Part shown: positions 10,969 through 21,365 of the stretch, in pieces
Layout of the letters: each line of letters begins with the position of its first letter
Numbering within the stretch: position 1 is the stretch's first letter
From: Candidatus Zhuqueibacterota bacterium
GTDB taxonomy: Bacteria; Zhuqueibacterota; Zhuqueibacteria; Thermofontimicrobiales; Thermofontimicrobiaceae
Assembly: GCA_049322915.1 (NCBI GenBank)
Contig: JBMOPW010000019.1
Span: forward strand, 31,774 to 95,773
Reading direction: 5' to 3'
DNA length: 64,000 bases
Notes under the pieces: generated by a model
Told to the model about the DNA's origin: nothing
The model's database searches: none
The model's input: the letters and a program-made list of their open reading frames with translations, nothing else
Program-made: the position numbers and the translations under genes

Positions 10969-11961
10969 ATGGCCAACAGAGTACGCTCCGTTTTCATCTG
11001 CGGGATCGTGTTCCCGCTTATCTTCAACTTTAGTTATGGGAGTGATATGAAACAGACGATAGAAAAAACATATCCGATGGAGTCAGGCGGACAAATTTCC
11101 ATCAAAGGCGATGAGGGCTTTATCAAAATTAAATCCTGGGATAAAAACGAAGTCCACCTCACAATGACCAAACAGTCCTATGGCCGAAACCAGAAAGATG
11201 CCGAGCGGCAATTGAATGATTTGAAAATCGAAATTGAATCGCAGAGCGACCGACTGACAATCAAGGTCATTTCTCCGACAGAAAAGCGCAATTTCAATCT
11301 CTGGAATTTGCTCGATCCGGATACCTGGGGCAAAAGCTTTCGCACCGCCAGCGTTGATTTTGAATTGACTGTCCCCGAGAAAATCAATCTGGCTCTTATC
11401 AATGACGAAGGCAACGTGACGGTGGAGTCCGTGTCCGGCGATCTGGAAATTGATGTTGATGAGGGGGATATTCATCTGAAAAATATAGTGTTTGAAACGG
11501 CGAGTCTTTTCTCGGACGAAGGGGATATTCATGCTTCCAAAATCACCAATCCGGAAGGAAGGCTCACTGTGAGCGTCGATGAAGGCGATGTGACGCTGGA
11601 AAAAGTCGTTGCCCAGCGCGTGAAAATTGAATGCGACGAAGGCAATATCGATATCAATGGGCTGGAATGCCGGACGTGCGACATTACCACCGACGAAGGC
11701 GATGTGGATGTGACCCCGATTCTCGGCGCTTCCGATCACTATTACATCACAACCGGTGAGGGCAATATTTCATTTTATCTGGATCAGTCTCCCAATGTAT
11801 CGCTTGATCTGGAGACCCAGGATGGTTTCATTCAGGATGATTTCCAGCTATCCATTTCGCGCGGTGAAGATGGTCAGCAGTGCCGCCAAAAGATCGGTAC
11901 CGGGAGTTCGCCCATCGAAATGTACGCCGGAGAGGGCAATATCCACATTCGAAAAAAGTAA
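10969..11961 (+). CDS. DUF4097-family beta-strand repeat protein
   Basis: Many DEG[DN][IV] repeats; signal peptide. Confidence 0.8.
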   Translation: MANRVRSVFICGIVFPLIFNFSYGSDMKQTIEKTYPMESGGQISIKGDEGFIKIKSWDKNEVHLTMTKQSYGRNQKDAERQLNDLKIEIESQSDRLTIKVISPTEKRNFNLWNLLDPDTWGKSFRTASVDFELTVPEKINLALINDEGNVTVESVSGDLEIDVDEGDIHLKNIVFETASLFSDEGDIHASKITNPEGRLTVSVDEGDVTLEKVVAQRVKIECDEGNIDINGLECRTCDITTDEGDVDVTPILGASDHYYITTGEGNISFYLDQSPNVSLDLETQDGFIQDDFQLSISRGEDGQQCRQKIGTGSSPIEMYAGEGNIHIRKK

Positions 11962-12070
11962 CGCCCGGCAAGCTAAATAACCGTTTTCATCGGGCCGCCC
12001 TCCGCTTTTTTGAGCGGAATCCCGGCCCTGTGAGAAACGACGTTCCGTCAATTTTAAAATTCAAAACGAT

Positions 12071-13783
12071 ATGCATTCGAATTTAAGCAAACACTTTTTG
12101 GGGATCGTGCTGGGTATCCTCGTTTCATGGCCGCTCTTTGCCGGAGAATCGGTTGTCGAGATCAGGGATATCGAACCAAACCAGTTCGTGAGTCGCAGCT
12201 TCGCCGTCACCCTGCCATCGGATTTCACCCTGCACGCTGTCGTTGGATATTATAAAAATCCCAAAAATATCCTGTCGAATTGCTGGTTGCTCTGCTCAGA
12301 AACCAGGGAAGTCGTCTGGAAATTCTCACCGAGTTCCGCCGATGTCAATCGTTCGCGCGATTATCTTGAGCTGGAAGAGACTGTTCATCTGGACATTGGG
12401 GAGTACGAGCTTTATTACGCCATCGATCCGGCTGCGTCGCGATTCAAAGATAAAATTTTCGGGCTATTGTCCGGGAACAGAGAGCGCCGAAATCCGGATT
12501 CAAAAAAATGGGGCGTCACATTGTCAGCGCGCCAGCAGCAGGGAACGGAAGCAGTGCTCCGGCTTCATGATGCGCCCCGACGCGAACTCCAGGCCATTGT
12601 CCACATCAGCCAGGCAGGCGATGACAGCAATCTGAATGAAGGCTTCATTTTGACAGCGCCCCTGAAAGTCCGGATTTATGCCATTGGCGAAGGCACGCAT
12701 CAGGGTCGGGAGATGTATGATTTTGGCTGGATTTTAAACTCGGATAGCGGAGAGCGCGTCTGGGAAATGGCCTATCGGAAAAGTCAGCACGCCGGAGGCG
12801 CATTGAAAAATCGCCTGTTCGACGATTACATCACCCTGCCGGCCGGGACGTATACGGTGCATTACGTCACTGATGACAGCCACTCGTTCGAGTCGTGGAA
12901 TGAAATGCCACCGTTCGATCCCATGCACTGGGGCATAACCGTTTGGGCTGCCGATAGTCTGCACACAGCCACCACAATCAAGCCATTTGTCGAAAAAACA
13001 AACGAGCTGGTTATCGTGAAACTGGATCATGCCAGGGACAATCAGTTCATGAGCGCCGGGTTCCAGCTAACGGCGGAGTCCACGCTGCGCATTACCGCGT
13101 TGGGCGAATATTCCGGCGCCCGCGATGCGATGGTCGACTATGGCTGGATTGTCGACGCGCGCACCCGGAAGACAGTCTGGCGCATGACCTACTCCGAGAC
13201 CGATTACGCCGGCGGCGGACGAAAGAATCGGATGTTCGATGGATTTGTCACCCTGCCGGCCGGCGCCTACATCGCCTTCTATCGCACCGATGATTCGCAC
13301 GCATACCGCTCGTGGAACGAGCATGAACCCTGGCAGCCGGAAGCGTGGGGCATGGCCATCCGTTGCGCTAAAAAGGGCTGTCGCCCGGACTCTATCAAAC
13401 AATATCTCGAACAGGACGATCCAGCCGTGCTTGCCCGCATCGTTCGAGTCAGGAATAACGCTGAAAAAACTCAAACATTCCACCTTGACAGCGCGTCGCA
13501 GGTAAAAATATTCTCCGTTGGCGAGGGCAGAGATGGAAAGATGTTCGATTTCGGATGGATTGAATCGGAGCATGGCGATGAAGTCTGGCGCATGAAATTC
13601 GACGACACGCGCCATGCCGGCGGCGGCCAGAAAAACAGGCTGATCAACGAAGATATTACATTGCAGCCGGGGACCTATCGCGTATTTTTTGAGACGGATG
13701 ATTCGCACTCCTACGGGGACTGGAATACGGAGCCGCCCCTGGAATTCGAGGATTACTGGGGGATCACTATCATCAAACAGTAG
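12071..13783 (+). CDS. Exported protein with tandem ~140-aa repeats
   Basis: Three clear copies of D[FY]GWI..VW.M..AGG..KNR..TL..G.Y..TDDSH..WN..WG plus a degenerate N-terminal copy. Confidence 0.75.
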   Translation: MHSNLSKHFLGIVLGILVSWPLFAGESVVEIRDIEPNQFVSRSFAVTLPSDFTLHAVVGYYKNPKNILSNCWLLCSETREVVWKFSPSSADVNRSRDYLELEETVHLDIGEYELYYAIDPAASRFKDKIFGLLSGNRERRNPDSKKWGVTLSARQQQGTEAVLRLHDAPRRELQAIVHISQAGDDSNLNEGFILTAPLKVRIYAIGEGTHQGREMYDFGWILNSDSGERVWEMAYRKSQHAGGALKNRLFDDYITLPAGTYTVHYVTDDSHSFESWNEMPPFDPMHWGITVWAADSLHTATTIKPFVEKTNELVIVKLDHARDNQFMSAGFQLTAESTLRITALGEYSGARDAMVDYGWIVDARTRKTVWRMTYSETDYAGGGRKNRMFDGFVTLPAGAYIAFYRTDDSHAYRSWNEHEPWQPEAWGMAIRCAKKGCRPDSIKQYLEQDDPAVLARIVRVRNNAEKTQTFHLDSASQVKIFSVGEGRDGKMFDFGWIESEHGDEVWRMKFDDTRHAGGGQKNRLINEDITLQPGTYRVFFETDDSHSYGDWNTEPPLEFEDYWGITIIKQ

Positions 13784-13800
13784 CCGCTACTCACGCCGGA

Positions 13801-14931
13801 TCAGTGTGGGATTAATCGCATTCGCAGGAAGCGCGGCCAGTAGATGCGGGCATCGCTGGCCAATTGCCAGAAGTCCCAGGAATTGCAGACATAGGTGAGA
13901 ATCAATTCATCGCCGGTCACGGACAGTTCCGGATGAGCTTTTGCCGCATAACAAAAATAAGAGCGATGCCAATCCCCTTCGGGACAAACGTAAACCTGAC
14001 GCGGCTCGCTCCACGGACCGACCGGCGTGTCGGCCAGCCGGATGTGAATTTTGTCCGAAAGACCATACTGACTGTAAACCACAACAAATTTATTGATCGC
14101 AGCGACGAAGCTCACGGAATATTCCGATGCCAGTTCATCGAACAGCGGTTCGATGCGCTGAAAATCCTTCATCCAGCCCTGCTGCGAGTAAAACTCCCAT
14201 GAATCGAAATGGGAGATTTTTTTTGCCGGCGCCCGGGCCACAATCATTCTGCGACCGCTTCTCCCTTTTGTCCAATCTTCATGACAGCCATAAATATAAA
14301 CGTCGTTTCCCACGCGCAGCAATGCGGAACCCAAAAAGGTATTGCCGTTTTCCGAGAACGACCCGAATGGAATTTTGCGCTGGGCGATCCGCCACTCCTG
14401 CGGAGGATCCGCCGGATTCCCGACCACTGCCAGCCAAGAGCCTACATGGTTGAAGCCAAAAGCTCCGCTGCCTTTGCGATGGGTTATCTGGAGCGGAAAA
14501 AAATAAAGCGAATCATCGAGCATCAGACCATCGAACAGCCAGAAGTATCCCAGCCCGTCCGTCGGTGTGATAAAGGCAGCCGGACGGCCTTCCGCGTCAG
14601 CTCCCCAGTGGTAGTCGATTGTCGCCGTCCCAGGATTTTTACCATGCTGAATGGCAATCGAATTATTGACAATCGTCGCATTCACATGTTTGCCGTCGGC
14701 GATCCCGCCGATCCAGGTGTCGCTGTACAGCCAGAGCGTGAGACTATCGTTCAGCGCCACAGAAAATGAACCATCGGCCCCGGTCCAGCCGGACTCGTTG
14801 TAAATGAGGTCATTATATTCAGGGAGGGTTTCCACCCGAATCTCCGGAAATTCCTGGGAGTGCAGCGCCCCTGACTGCATAACTATCAAGACCAACAGGC
14901 CAATCATCGATATCTGTTTCATAATAACCAA
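13801..14931 (-). CDS. DUF5005/DUF4185-like exported beta-propeller protein
   Basis: GWTGADG, WLYSDT, PVGPWS and YAAKAHP motifs. Confidence 0.7.
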   Translation of the reverse strand: MVIMKQISMIGLLVLIVMQSGALHSQEFPEIRVETLPEYNDLIYNESGWTGADGSFSVALNDSLTLWLYSDTWIGGIADGKHVNATIVNNSIAIQHGKNPGTATIDYHWGADAEGRPAAFITPTDGLGYFWLFDGLMLDDSLYFFPLQITHRKGSGAFGFNHVGSWLAVVGNPADPPQEWRIAQRKIPFGSFSENGNTFLGSALLRVGNDVYIYGCHEDWTKGRSGRRMIVARAPAKKISHFDSWEFYSQQGWMKDFQRIEPLFDELASEYSVSFVAAINKFVVVYSQYGLSDKIHIRLADTPVGPWSEPRQVYVCPEGDWHRSYFCYAAKAHPELSVTGDELILTYVCNSWDFWQLASDARIYWPRFLRMRLIPH

Positions 14932-14993
14932 TGCTTTAATTTTGTAAAAGTGAACTATTCAAAATCATAGCGCATCTGGCTTAAAATTCCGGC

Positions 14994-16115
14994 TCATAAA
15001 AACGATTCGATCTCACTGGCCATTCGATCCCAGGAGAACTGCTTTTTGAATGCTGCGATGTGGGCGTGAAATGGAACAGATTTTCTCTTCCTGTAAAACG
15101 TCACAATCGCCTGGGCCAGCGCGTCCGGATTTTCCGCAGGGACGATGAATCCGGTTTCGCCTTCTTTAACAACCTCAGGCAAACCGCCCACATTGGTGGT
15201 GATGACCGGCTTGTTGTAATTATAGGCAATCTGGATGATGCCGCTTTGGGTGGCCGAAATGTACGGCAGCACCACGACGTCGGCAGCGCTGTAATACAGC
15301 CCCACATCTTCGTTGGGAATATACTCATCAAACACGAAGACGACCGGTTCCAGATTCAGCTTTTTGATGAGATCTAAATAGCGGCTGCTGTCATCGTAAA
15401 ATTCCCCGGCAATGATTAATTTGACAGGCATCTGCTTCAGCACGGAAGGCAAAGCCCGGAGCAAAATGTGAAGGCCCTTGTACTCCCGTACAAAACCGAA
15501 GAAAAGCAGCAGGTTGTCCTCTTTCCCGAACTTCAACTTCCCGCGCGCCTGCTCCTGCGTAAAAGGATTGCTGAAAATTTCATATACTGGATGCGGCACT
15601 TCTTTGAAATTCGCGCCGGGTTTGAATTTGAGCAAATCCGCTTTGACGGCCGCCGATTGCACAATGAAGTAGTGAATATTCCACAGCCCCAGGTGGGTGA
15701 GCAGCCTGTCTTCGAGGCGCTGTTCGTGGGGAATAATATTATCGCAGATATACACCAGCTTCGTACGGGTGAATAGCCGGGTGAGAAACGAGACCGCTGC
15801 ATAGCACGGGGCAAAGAACGGCATCCAGTATTTGAAAATGACCAGATCCGGTCTGAAGCGATAGATGGACAGAAACGTGCGAATCCAGCTCAACGGCCCG
15901 ATGGAGTCCAGCATGGGTTCGGAAGGCAGCGACACCACCTCTTTGCTGGTGTCCTGCTGGGTTTTGCCGGGGAAAAACAGGGATGGATATTGCCGTTTGA
16001 ACGAGATGATTTTTACGTCATGACCGCGCTCGATGAATTTCTGGTAAAGCAACGCCACATAGTGCGCGATACCACCGCGCATGGGGTAAGACGTACCAAT
16101 GATTACAATTTTCAT
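14994..16115 (-). CDS. GT4 glycosyltransferase
   Basis: FFGFVREYKG, VLPYISATQSG, TNVGGLPE. Confidence 0.9.
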   Translation of the reverse strand: MKIVIIGTSYPMRGGIAHYVALLYQKFIERGHDVKIISFKRQYPSLFFPGKTQQDTSKEVVSLPSEPMLDSIGPLSWIRTFLSIYRFRPDLVIFKYWMPFFAPCYAAVSFLTRLFTRTKLVYICDNIIPHEQRLEDRLLTHLGLWNIHYFIVQSAAVKADLLKFKPGANFKEVPHPVYEIFSNPFTQEQARGKLKFGKEDNLLLFFGFVREYKGLHILLRALPSVLKQMPVKLIIAGEFYDDSSRYLDLIKKLNLEPVVFVFDEYIPNEDVGLYYSAADVVVLPYISATQSGIIQIAYNYNKPVITTNVGGLPEVVKEGETGFIVPAENPDALAQAIVTFYRKRKSVPFHAHIAAFKKQFSWDRMASEIESFL

Positions 16116-16116
16116 G

Positions 16117-17226
16117 TCATTTCTTCAGCAAGTTTTGGCACGATTGAAGGACAGCGTCCACATAAATGTGTTCCATACAATTGTTGGGGCACTCATTAGC
16201 AAAGAAACAGTCGCACTCCACAGCCGGCTCCAGAATCTCTCCCAGTCCGTACAGTTCAAATTCATGTCGATTGAAAATGTTGTTGAACAGGACGAGTTTT
16301 TTCTCCAGCCCGATGGCAATGTGCATCGCCATTGTCACCGCAGTCACCATCAAATCGCATTGATCCACCAGATTGATAAATTGTCGGAATGGAAAGATGC
16401 CCGGATAGGTGCTGCCGCTGGCTTCGGCGATATGTTTATTTTTTTCATGCTCATCCGGCCCGCCCAGAATCACCACGCCAAAGCCTCGTTTCTTCAATTC
16501 AACGGCCAGATTGATCCAGTTCTCCGTGGGCCATAACCGCGACGTCCAGCGTTTTCCGCAGCCGGTATTCAAGCCCACGCGGGGAAACGGTTCATCGATG
16601 CGCCACGCATAGTTATCGTCGGCGAAATTGCTGAGGATGTATTTTTCGCCCTGAAATACGTAGCCGCACATTTCAAAAATTTCCTCGGGATAGCTTTTTG
16701 TGTTAGCTTTGTTGACGGTGTCAAAAATCCCGGTGAGATATTTCGCTTCGCTGGCCGCATTGATGGGACGACAGCGATTGAACTGGCTCAGACCATAGCC
16801 CCTTTTCTCCGCGGCAGAAATTTGTTCGGCCAGGGCGCAGGCCTCCAAATCCTTGTCCAGATTGATGAGCAGATCGAACTGCATCGATTGCAGCGCCAAC
16901 GCCCGTTTGAAATCGAATTTCCAGATTCGATCCACCCACTGAGACGGCACCAAATCCGGAGAGTCGGTGAGCCAGGTGATTTCAGCCTGCGGGAATTCCT
17001 GTCTGAGCTTCCGCAGAATAGGCGTCGTTCGAATGACATCGCCGGCAGCGCCCAATTTGATGATTAAAATTCGTCCTTCAATGGGCGAATAGTAGGGGCA
17101 GGTTGAACATTCCACGCCCTGTTTTTTGTGGTAATGACAGGGGATGTCTCCTCTGAAAAAGCGGCAATCGTGGTTTACTTTCATGAAATTTCCTTTTGGG
17201 ACAGTGGCTGAAAACACCATTTTCAT
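16117..17226 (-). CDS. GT9 (ADP-heptose:LPS heptosyltransferase-like) glycosyltransferase
   Basis: KLGAAGDVIRTTP, RLWP, TMAMHIA; Cys-rich N-terminus. Confidence 0.85.
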   Translation of the reverse strand: MKMVFSATVPKGNFMKVNHDCRFFRGDIPCHYHKKQGVECSTCPYYSPIEGRILIIKLGAAGDVIRTTPILRKLRQEFPQAEITWLTDSPDLVPSQWVDRIWKFDFKRALALQSMQFDLLINLDKDLEACALAEQISAAEKRGYGLSQFNRCRPINAASEAKYLTGIFDTVNKANTKSYPEEIFEMCGYVFQGEKYILSNFADDNYAWRIDEPFPRVGLNTGCGKRWTSRLWPTENWINLAVELKKRGFGVVILGGPDEHEKNKHIAEASGSTYPGIFPFRQFINLVDQCDLMVTAVTMAMHIAIGLEKKLVLFNNIFNRHEFELYGLGEILEPAVECDCFFANECPNNCMEHIYVDAVLQSCQNLLKK

Positions 17227-17258
17227 CTGGCTTCGGGTGAATCGTCATCCGGTGTCGC

Positions 17259-18236
17259 TCACTCCAATGAATTTTTCAGGGAGTAATCGAAATTCCGTTT
17301 CTGCGTCTCGGAAATCATTTCGCCCAGCAGCCCAATGGAAATGAATTGAATCCCGATGATGACCAGCAACACCCCCAGGAACAGCAGCGGCCGATTGCTG
17401 AGGTACTGATGAGCAAAAATCCTCTGGATGGCCAGAATGAGGTTGATGGCCAAACCGATCACCAGGAAAATTAATCCGAGGCTGCCGAAGAGATGCAGCG
17501 GCCGGCGTTTGAATTTATTCAGAAAAATCACAGTGACCAGATCGAAAAGCCCGGCCATGAAACGCCACGGCCCGAATTTGGTGACGCCAAATTTTCGGGC
17601 GTGATGTTTGACGACGCGTTCACCGACTTTGTAGCCGCTCCAATAGGCCAGCACCGGGATGAACCGATGCAACTGGCCGTAGATCTGAATTTCTTTCACC
17701 ACTTCGCACCGATACGCCTTCAGCCCGCAATTGAAATCGTGTATTTTCAACCCGGACATTTTGCCTGTGACCCAATTGAAAAATCTGGAGGTCGTCCGCT
17801 TGATAAACGGATCATAGCGCTTTTTCTTCCAGCCGGAAACCATGTCATAGCCCTGGTTCAGCGTTTCGATCAAATTGGGGATTTCCTCCGGGTCATCCTG
17901 CAAATCTGCATCCATGGTGATGATGATTTTGCCCTGCACCTTTTTAAATCCGTAGGTCATGGCTGCTGATTTTCCGTAATTCTTTCGGAATTGGTAGACG
18001 CGGATTCGGGAATCATGCTGATGGATTTTTTCCAGCACCGAATAGGAGTCATCCGTCGATCCATCATCGATGAAAACGAGCTCGTAGCTCATCTTCATTT
18101 GAGAGAGCACTTCGGTCAGTTTGTTGTACAATTCGGGCAGGGATTCTTCTTCGTTAAAAAGGGGGATGAGCACCGAAATTTCAGGGCATTCGTTTTTATC
18201 GTTCTTTTTTGCTCGTTCTGCGTGTGCCACAACCAC
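17259..18236 (-). CDS. GT2 polyprenol-phosphate glycosyltransferase (ArnC/DPM-like)
   Basis: DDGSTD, NYGKSAA, MDADLQDDP, two C-terminal TM segments. Confidence 0.9.
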   Translation of the reverse strand: MVVAHAERAKKNDKNECPEISVLIPLFNEEESLPELYNKLTEVLSQMKMSYELVFIDDGSTDDSYSVLEKIHQHDSRIRVYQFRKNYGKSAAMTYGFKKVQGKIIITMDADLQDDPEEIPNLIETLNQGYDMVSGWKKKRYDPFIKRTTSRFFNWVTGKMSGLKIHDFNCGLKAYRCEVVKEIQIYGQLHRFIPVLAYWSGYKVGERVVKHHARKFGVTKFGPWRFMAGLFDLVTVIFLNKFKRRPLHLFGSLGLIFLVIGLAINLILAIQRIFAHQYLSNRPLLFLGVLLVIIGIQFISIGLLGEMISETQKRNFDYSLKNSLE

Positions 18237-18250
18237 TCCGAGTTTTGACG

Positions 18251-19027
18251 TTATAATTTTATGACCTCAGACTGAGGTGGTATCTGAATGACGAAATCTT
18301 CCGGTTGCAATGGCTTGTTCAACTCGCGGCTGGAGAAGAAGATCGTCAGCCGGGTTTTCTGCATCGGCTGCGTAATGCGAATGATTTTGGGAACATAGAC
18401 GCGATTCAGCTTTTCAATCTGGCTGTATTCGAACTGAATCCACGGTTCGCCCTGTGTATCGAAGACGTGACAGGCAGTGACGACAAAGCGTTTCGCGTCG
18501 ATCCAGTACTTCACTTTTTTATCGCCTGACATGCCGGACACGACGTAGCGATTCCCGTCCACACGGAGTGGCTCCAGCGCTGACGCATCAATTGTTTGAA
18601 TGCCTGCGAACAACCGAAGCACCTGGTCCAACTGAATTTCGATGGGCAAAAATGCCGACAAATCCAGGCTATCCGGCTGGCCTGTATAAACGATATTTTC
18701 CCAGGAATTCTGCAGAATGAATTGATGGCTATCCAGAAATACCGAACCGACTTTCAACCCGAACGGCGCTCGCAGTGAGATGTACAGAGAATCCGGCTTT
18801 TGGATGAGTATCTGTGAATTCGCCTGAAAGCTCATTTTTGGCGACTCGACCATGAACTGGGCTCTGGCCTTCATGGATTTCAATTGCAGGTAGTTCTTCT
18901 CCACCCGTTCGCAGATGCTGTCAATGGTGATATTGTCCAGCCGCAGCCGCGATGTGGTGGACATCCGGGCGCAGTTTGCCAGCAGCACCACAATGATGCT
19001 CCCAATCAGAAGCGATCCTCGTTTCAA
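18251..19027 (-). CDS. DUF4292-like lipoprotein
   Basis: Lipobox-like LANC; PDSLYISLRAPFG; LolA-like C-terminal F..P. Confidence 0.7.
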   Translation of the reverse strand: MKRGSLLIGSIIVVLLANCARMSTTSRLRLDNITIDSICERVEKNYLQLKSMKARAQFMVESPKMSFQANSQILIQKPDSLYISLRAPFGLKVGSVFLDSHQFILQNSWENIVYTGQPDSLDLSAFLPIEIQLDQVLRLFAGIQTIDASALEPLRVDGNRYVVSGMSGDKKVKYWIDAKRFVVTACHVFDTQGEPWIQFEYSQIEKLNRVYVPKIIRITQPMQKTRLTIFFSSRELNKPLQPEDFVIQIPPQSEVIKL

Positions 19028-19108
19028 ACCGACCTCACGTTCGTTTCAGGCACGTACTTCTGCCGACGTGTTACAGCCTCATTCATGATGAACGACTCCG
19101 GCCGGGCG

Positions 19109-20800
19109 CTAATGTTCATTGATTTTCCTGAGAATATCGTCCCGTTCAGCATCCAGATCCAGCGCCTTTTTCCAATAGATTTTGGCGTTGGTCACATCGT
19201 TCAATTTCAAGTATACATCGCCGAGGTGTTCCATCACTTCCGCGGATTGATCCCGGAATTGAACCGCCCTGGTGATATACTCCAGCGCTTTTTGCGCATC
19301 TCCCAGCTTGAAATAGATCCATCCCAGGGTGTCGAGATAGGCGCCGTTCGTCGAATCGACGGCAACGGCTCGTTGCGCCAGGTCCAGGGCAAAGTCCAGG
19401 TTTTGTCCGCGACAGCTGAGACTGTAGCTGTAATTATTCATCAGCAGATCATTATCCGGCTTCAATTCCAATGCCCGCTCGTATAGGCTATCCGATTGGG
19501 TGAACATTCCTTTTTCGTCGAGAATCATCGCCAGGGCGCCAATCGCATCGACAAAATCAGGGTTGATCTGGAGGCAGCGTTCCAGAAGAGGAATCGCTTC
19601 ATCGAATTTTTTCTTTTGGTTGAGAATCGATCCCAGGAAAAAGTTGATGTTGACGTCATCCGGAAAAATGGCCACAGCCTTGCGAAAATGTTCCTCGCCT
19701 TCGTCCAGCCGCTCATTTCTCAGATAAATGAAACCCAGCAGCATCCAACCATTCTTGGAATTCTCATTCTTCTCCAGCGATTTCTTGAAATAGGGTTCAG
19801 CCGCGTCCCAGTCAGCCTGTTGATAATACAAATATCCGACGCTGTAGTAGGCGCGAAAATCGTCTGGAAATTTTTGTATCGTTTTCATGAATTCATCGAG
19901 CGCCCTTGCCGTGTCCCCTTTCTGGTAATAAAGCTCGCCCAGCCGGAGAAAATTCTCAATTTTATTTTCATCGGAGTTGACACTGCGCTGCAACAGCGAA
20001 ATAGCCTCGCCCCACTTTTTCTGTCCGATGTAAAGATCCCGCAATTCCTCAAGGCAGGTTGTAAAGGTTGGGTCTTTTTCAATGCCTTTCAAATACCAGT
20101 TGATTGCAGTGGCTGTATCTGACTGCGCCATGGAGAGCTTGGCCATGCCAAGATACGAGCGTTCATCATCCGGATACTCATCCAATAAATCCTTAAAAAC
20201 ATGCGTTGCCTTATCCAGCAAATTATTTTTGAGGTAAATATTACCAATCTGGATGTTCATCTCCGGCGCGCCATAGCCCATTCCAATCATTTTCTGGTAC
20301 TCATTCGCCACATCCAATTCTTTGCCCTGGGCCAGATAAATCGTAATCAGCGAGTAGCGGGAGTCCATGTCGTCCGGGTCCAACTCAATCAGTTTTTTGA
20401 ATATGGCCTCAGCTTTATCCAGGTCGTGTCTGGCGTAATAAATTGCCGCCAGCATCTGGTAGGATTCGATATCGCCGGAGAAACGCCGAACCGCCTGCAA
20501 CAGCAGTCTTTCCGCGCTTTCTAATTTTTGCAGCTTGATGTATTGCTCGGCAACTTTGTTGTAAATAGTCACGGACGAGGAATCGTACAAAAGCGCTTCG
20601 GAGTAATCAAGCAGCGCAGACTTGTAATCCTCGCGCATTTCATTGATCGACCCCTTGATGAAATACTGAACCGCTTTGGGATTTCCCGGCGCCTGAATTT
20701 TTTCATCAGCATCTTTTTCTTTTTGCATGTGTCTGTGACCGGCACAACTTGCAATCACACTCACAAAAAAAAGTAACATGAGTAATTTTCTATTTTTCAT
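19109..20800 (-). CDS. TPR-repeat lipoprotein
   Basis: Lipobox IASC; many TPRs; NNYSY and YLDTLGW motifs. Confidence 0.85.
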   Translation of the reverse strand: MKNRKLLMLLFFVSVIASCAGHRHMQKEKDADEKIQAPGNPKAVQYFIKGSINEMREDYKSALLDYSEALLYDSSSVTIYNKVAEQYIKLQKLESAERLLLQAVRRFSGDIESYQMLAAIYYARHDLDKAEAIFKKLIELDPDDMDSRYSLITIYLAQGKELDVANEYQKMIGMGYGAPEMNIQIGNIYLKNNLLDKATHVFKDLLDEYPDDERSYLGMAKLSMAQSDTATAINWYLKGIEKDPTFTTCLEELRDLYIGQKKWGEAISLLQRSVNSDENKIENFLRLGELYYQKGDTARALDEFMKTIQKFPDDFRAYYSVGYLYYQQADWDAAEPYFKKSLEKNENSKNGWMLLGFIYLRNERLDEGEEHFRKAVAIFPDDVNINFFLGSILNQKKKFDEAIPLLERCLQINPDFVDAIGALAMILDEKGMFTQSDSLYERALELKPDNDLLMNNYSYSLSCRGQNLDFALDLAQRAVAVDSTNGAYLDTLGWIYFKLGDAQKALEYITRAVQFRDQSAEVMEHLGDVYLKLNDVTNAKIYWKKALDLDAERDDILRKINEH

Positions 20801-21365
20801 TGTAACTCCGAATCAAAGAGAAGCATTTTAGCGGACATTCAACTTCAAAGAAAATTAATAAGTTCTATAAAACTAATAGCATTTAACTTTGCTCAATTAT
20901 GGAAGTTTCAAAAAAGAATGCACAGGAGAAACTCATCCTCGGGATATTTCGACGCTGTTGTCTTTGCAAATGCCGGCGCACCCATTCCTTGAAACAAACA
21001 GCAATGACCCACCATGTCATTGACCGGAAAAACCGATCAGGCTGCCGACTCGAGCCGGATGGGGCTCCCTCTCCATTCTTTGATGAACTCCGTCGCGCTG
21101 TTGAATGACGTCGAACCAATATCCGATGTTAAGGCGCCTAAGTATACTAATAAATTCATTAAAAGTAAAGGAAAAAAACCTGACGCACCCATCACTGCCG
21201 AGGCGCGAAAACGCACTTCACCTGATTTGAATCATTATTGTTTTTTAATAATTGGTATATTGAAAATGTAACTTAGCTATTGTATTTTAAATTCGAATTT
21301 ATTAAATTCACGCTGATTTTTCATAATTATCACATTCTTCAGGCAGTTAAATAGGAAGCCACATC

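Noticed and set aside
20801..21365. Small ORFs or ncRNA in the divergent intergenic region
   Set aside because: No recognisable motif; consistent with AT-rich divergent promoters
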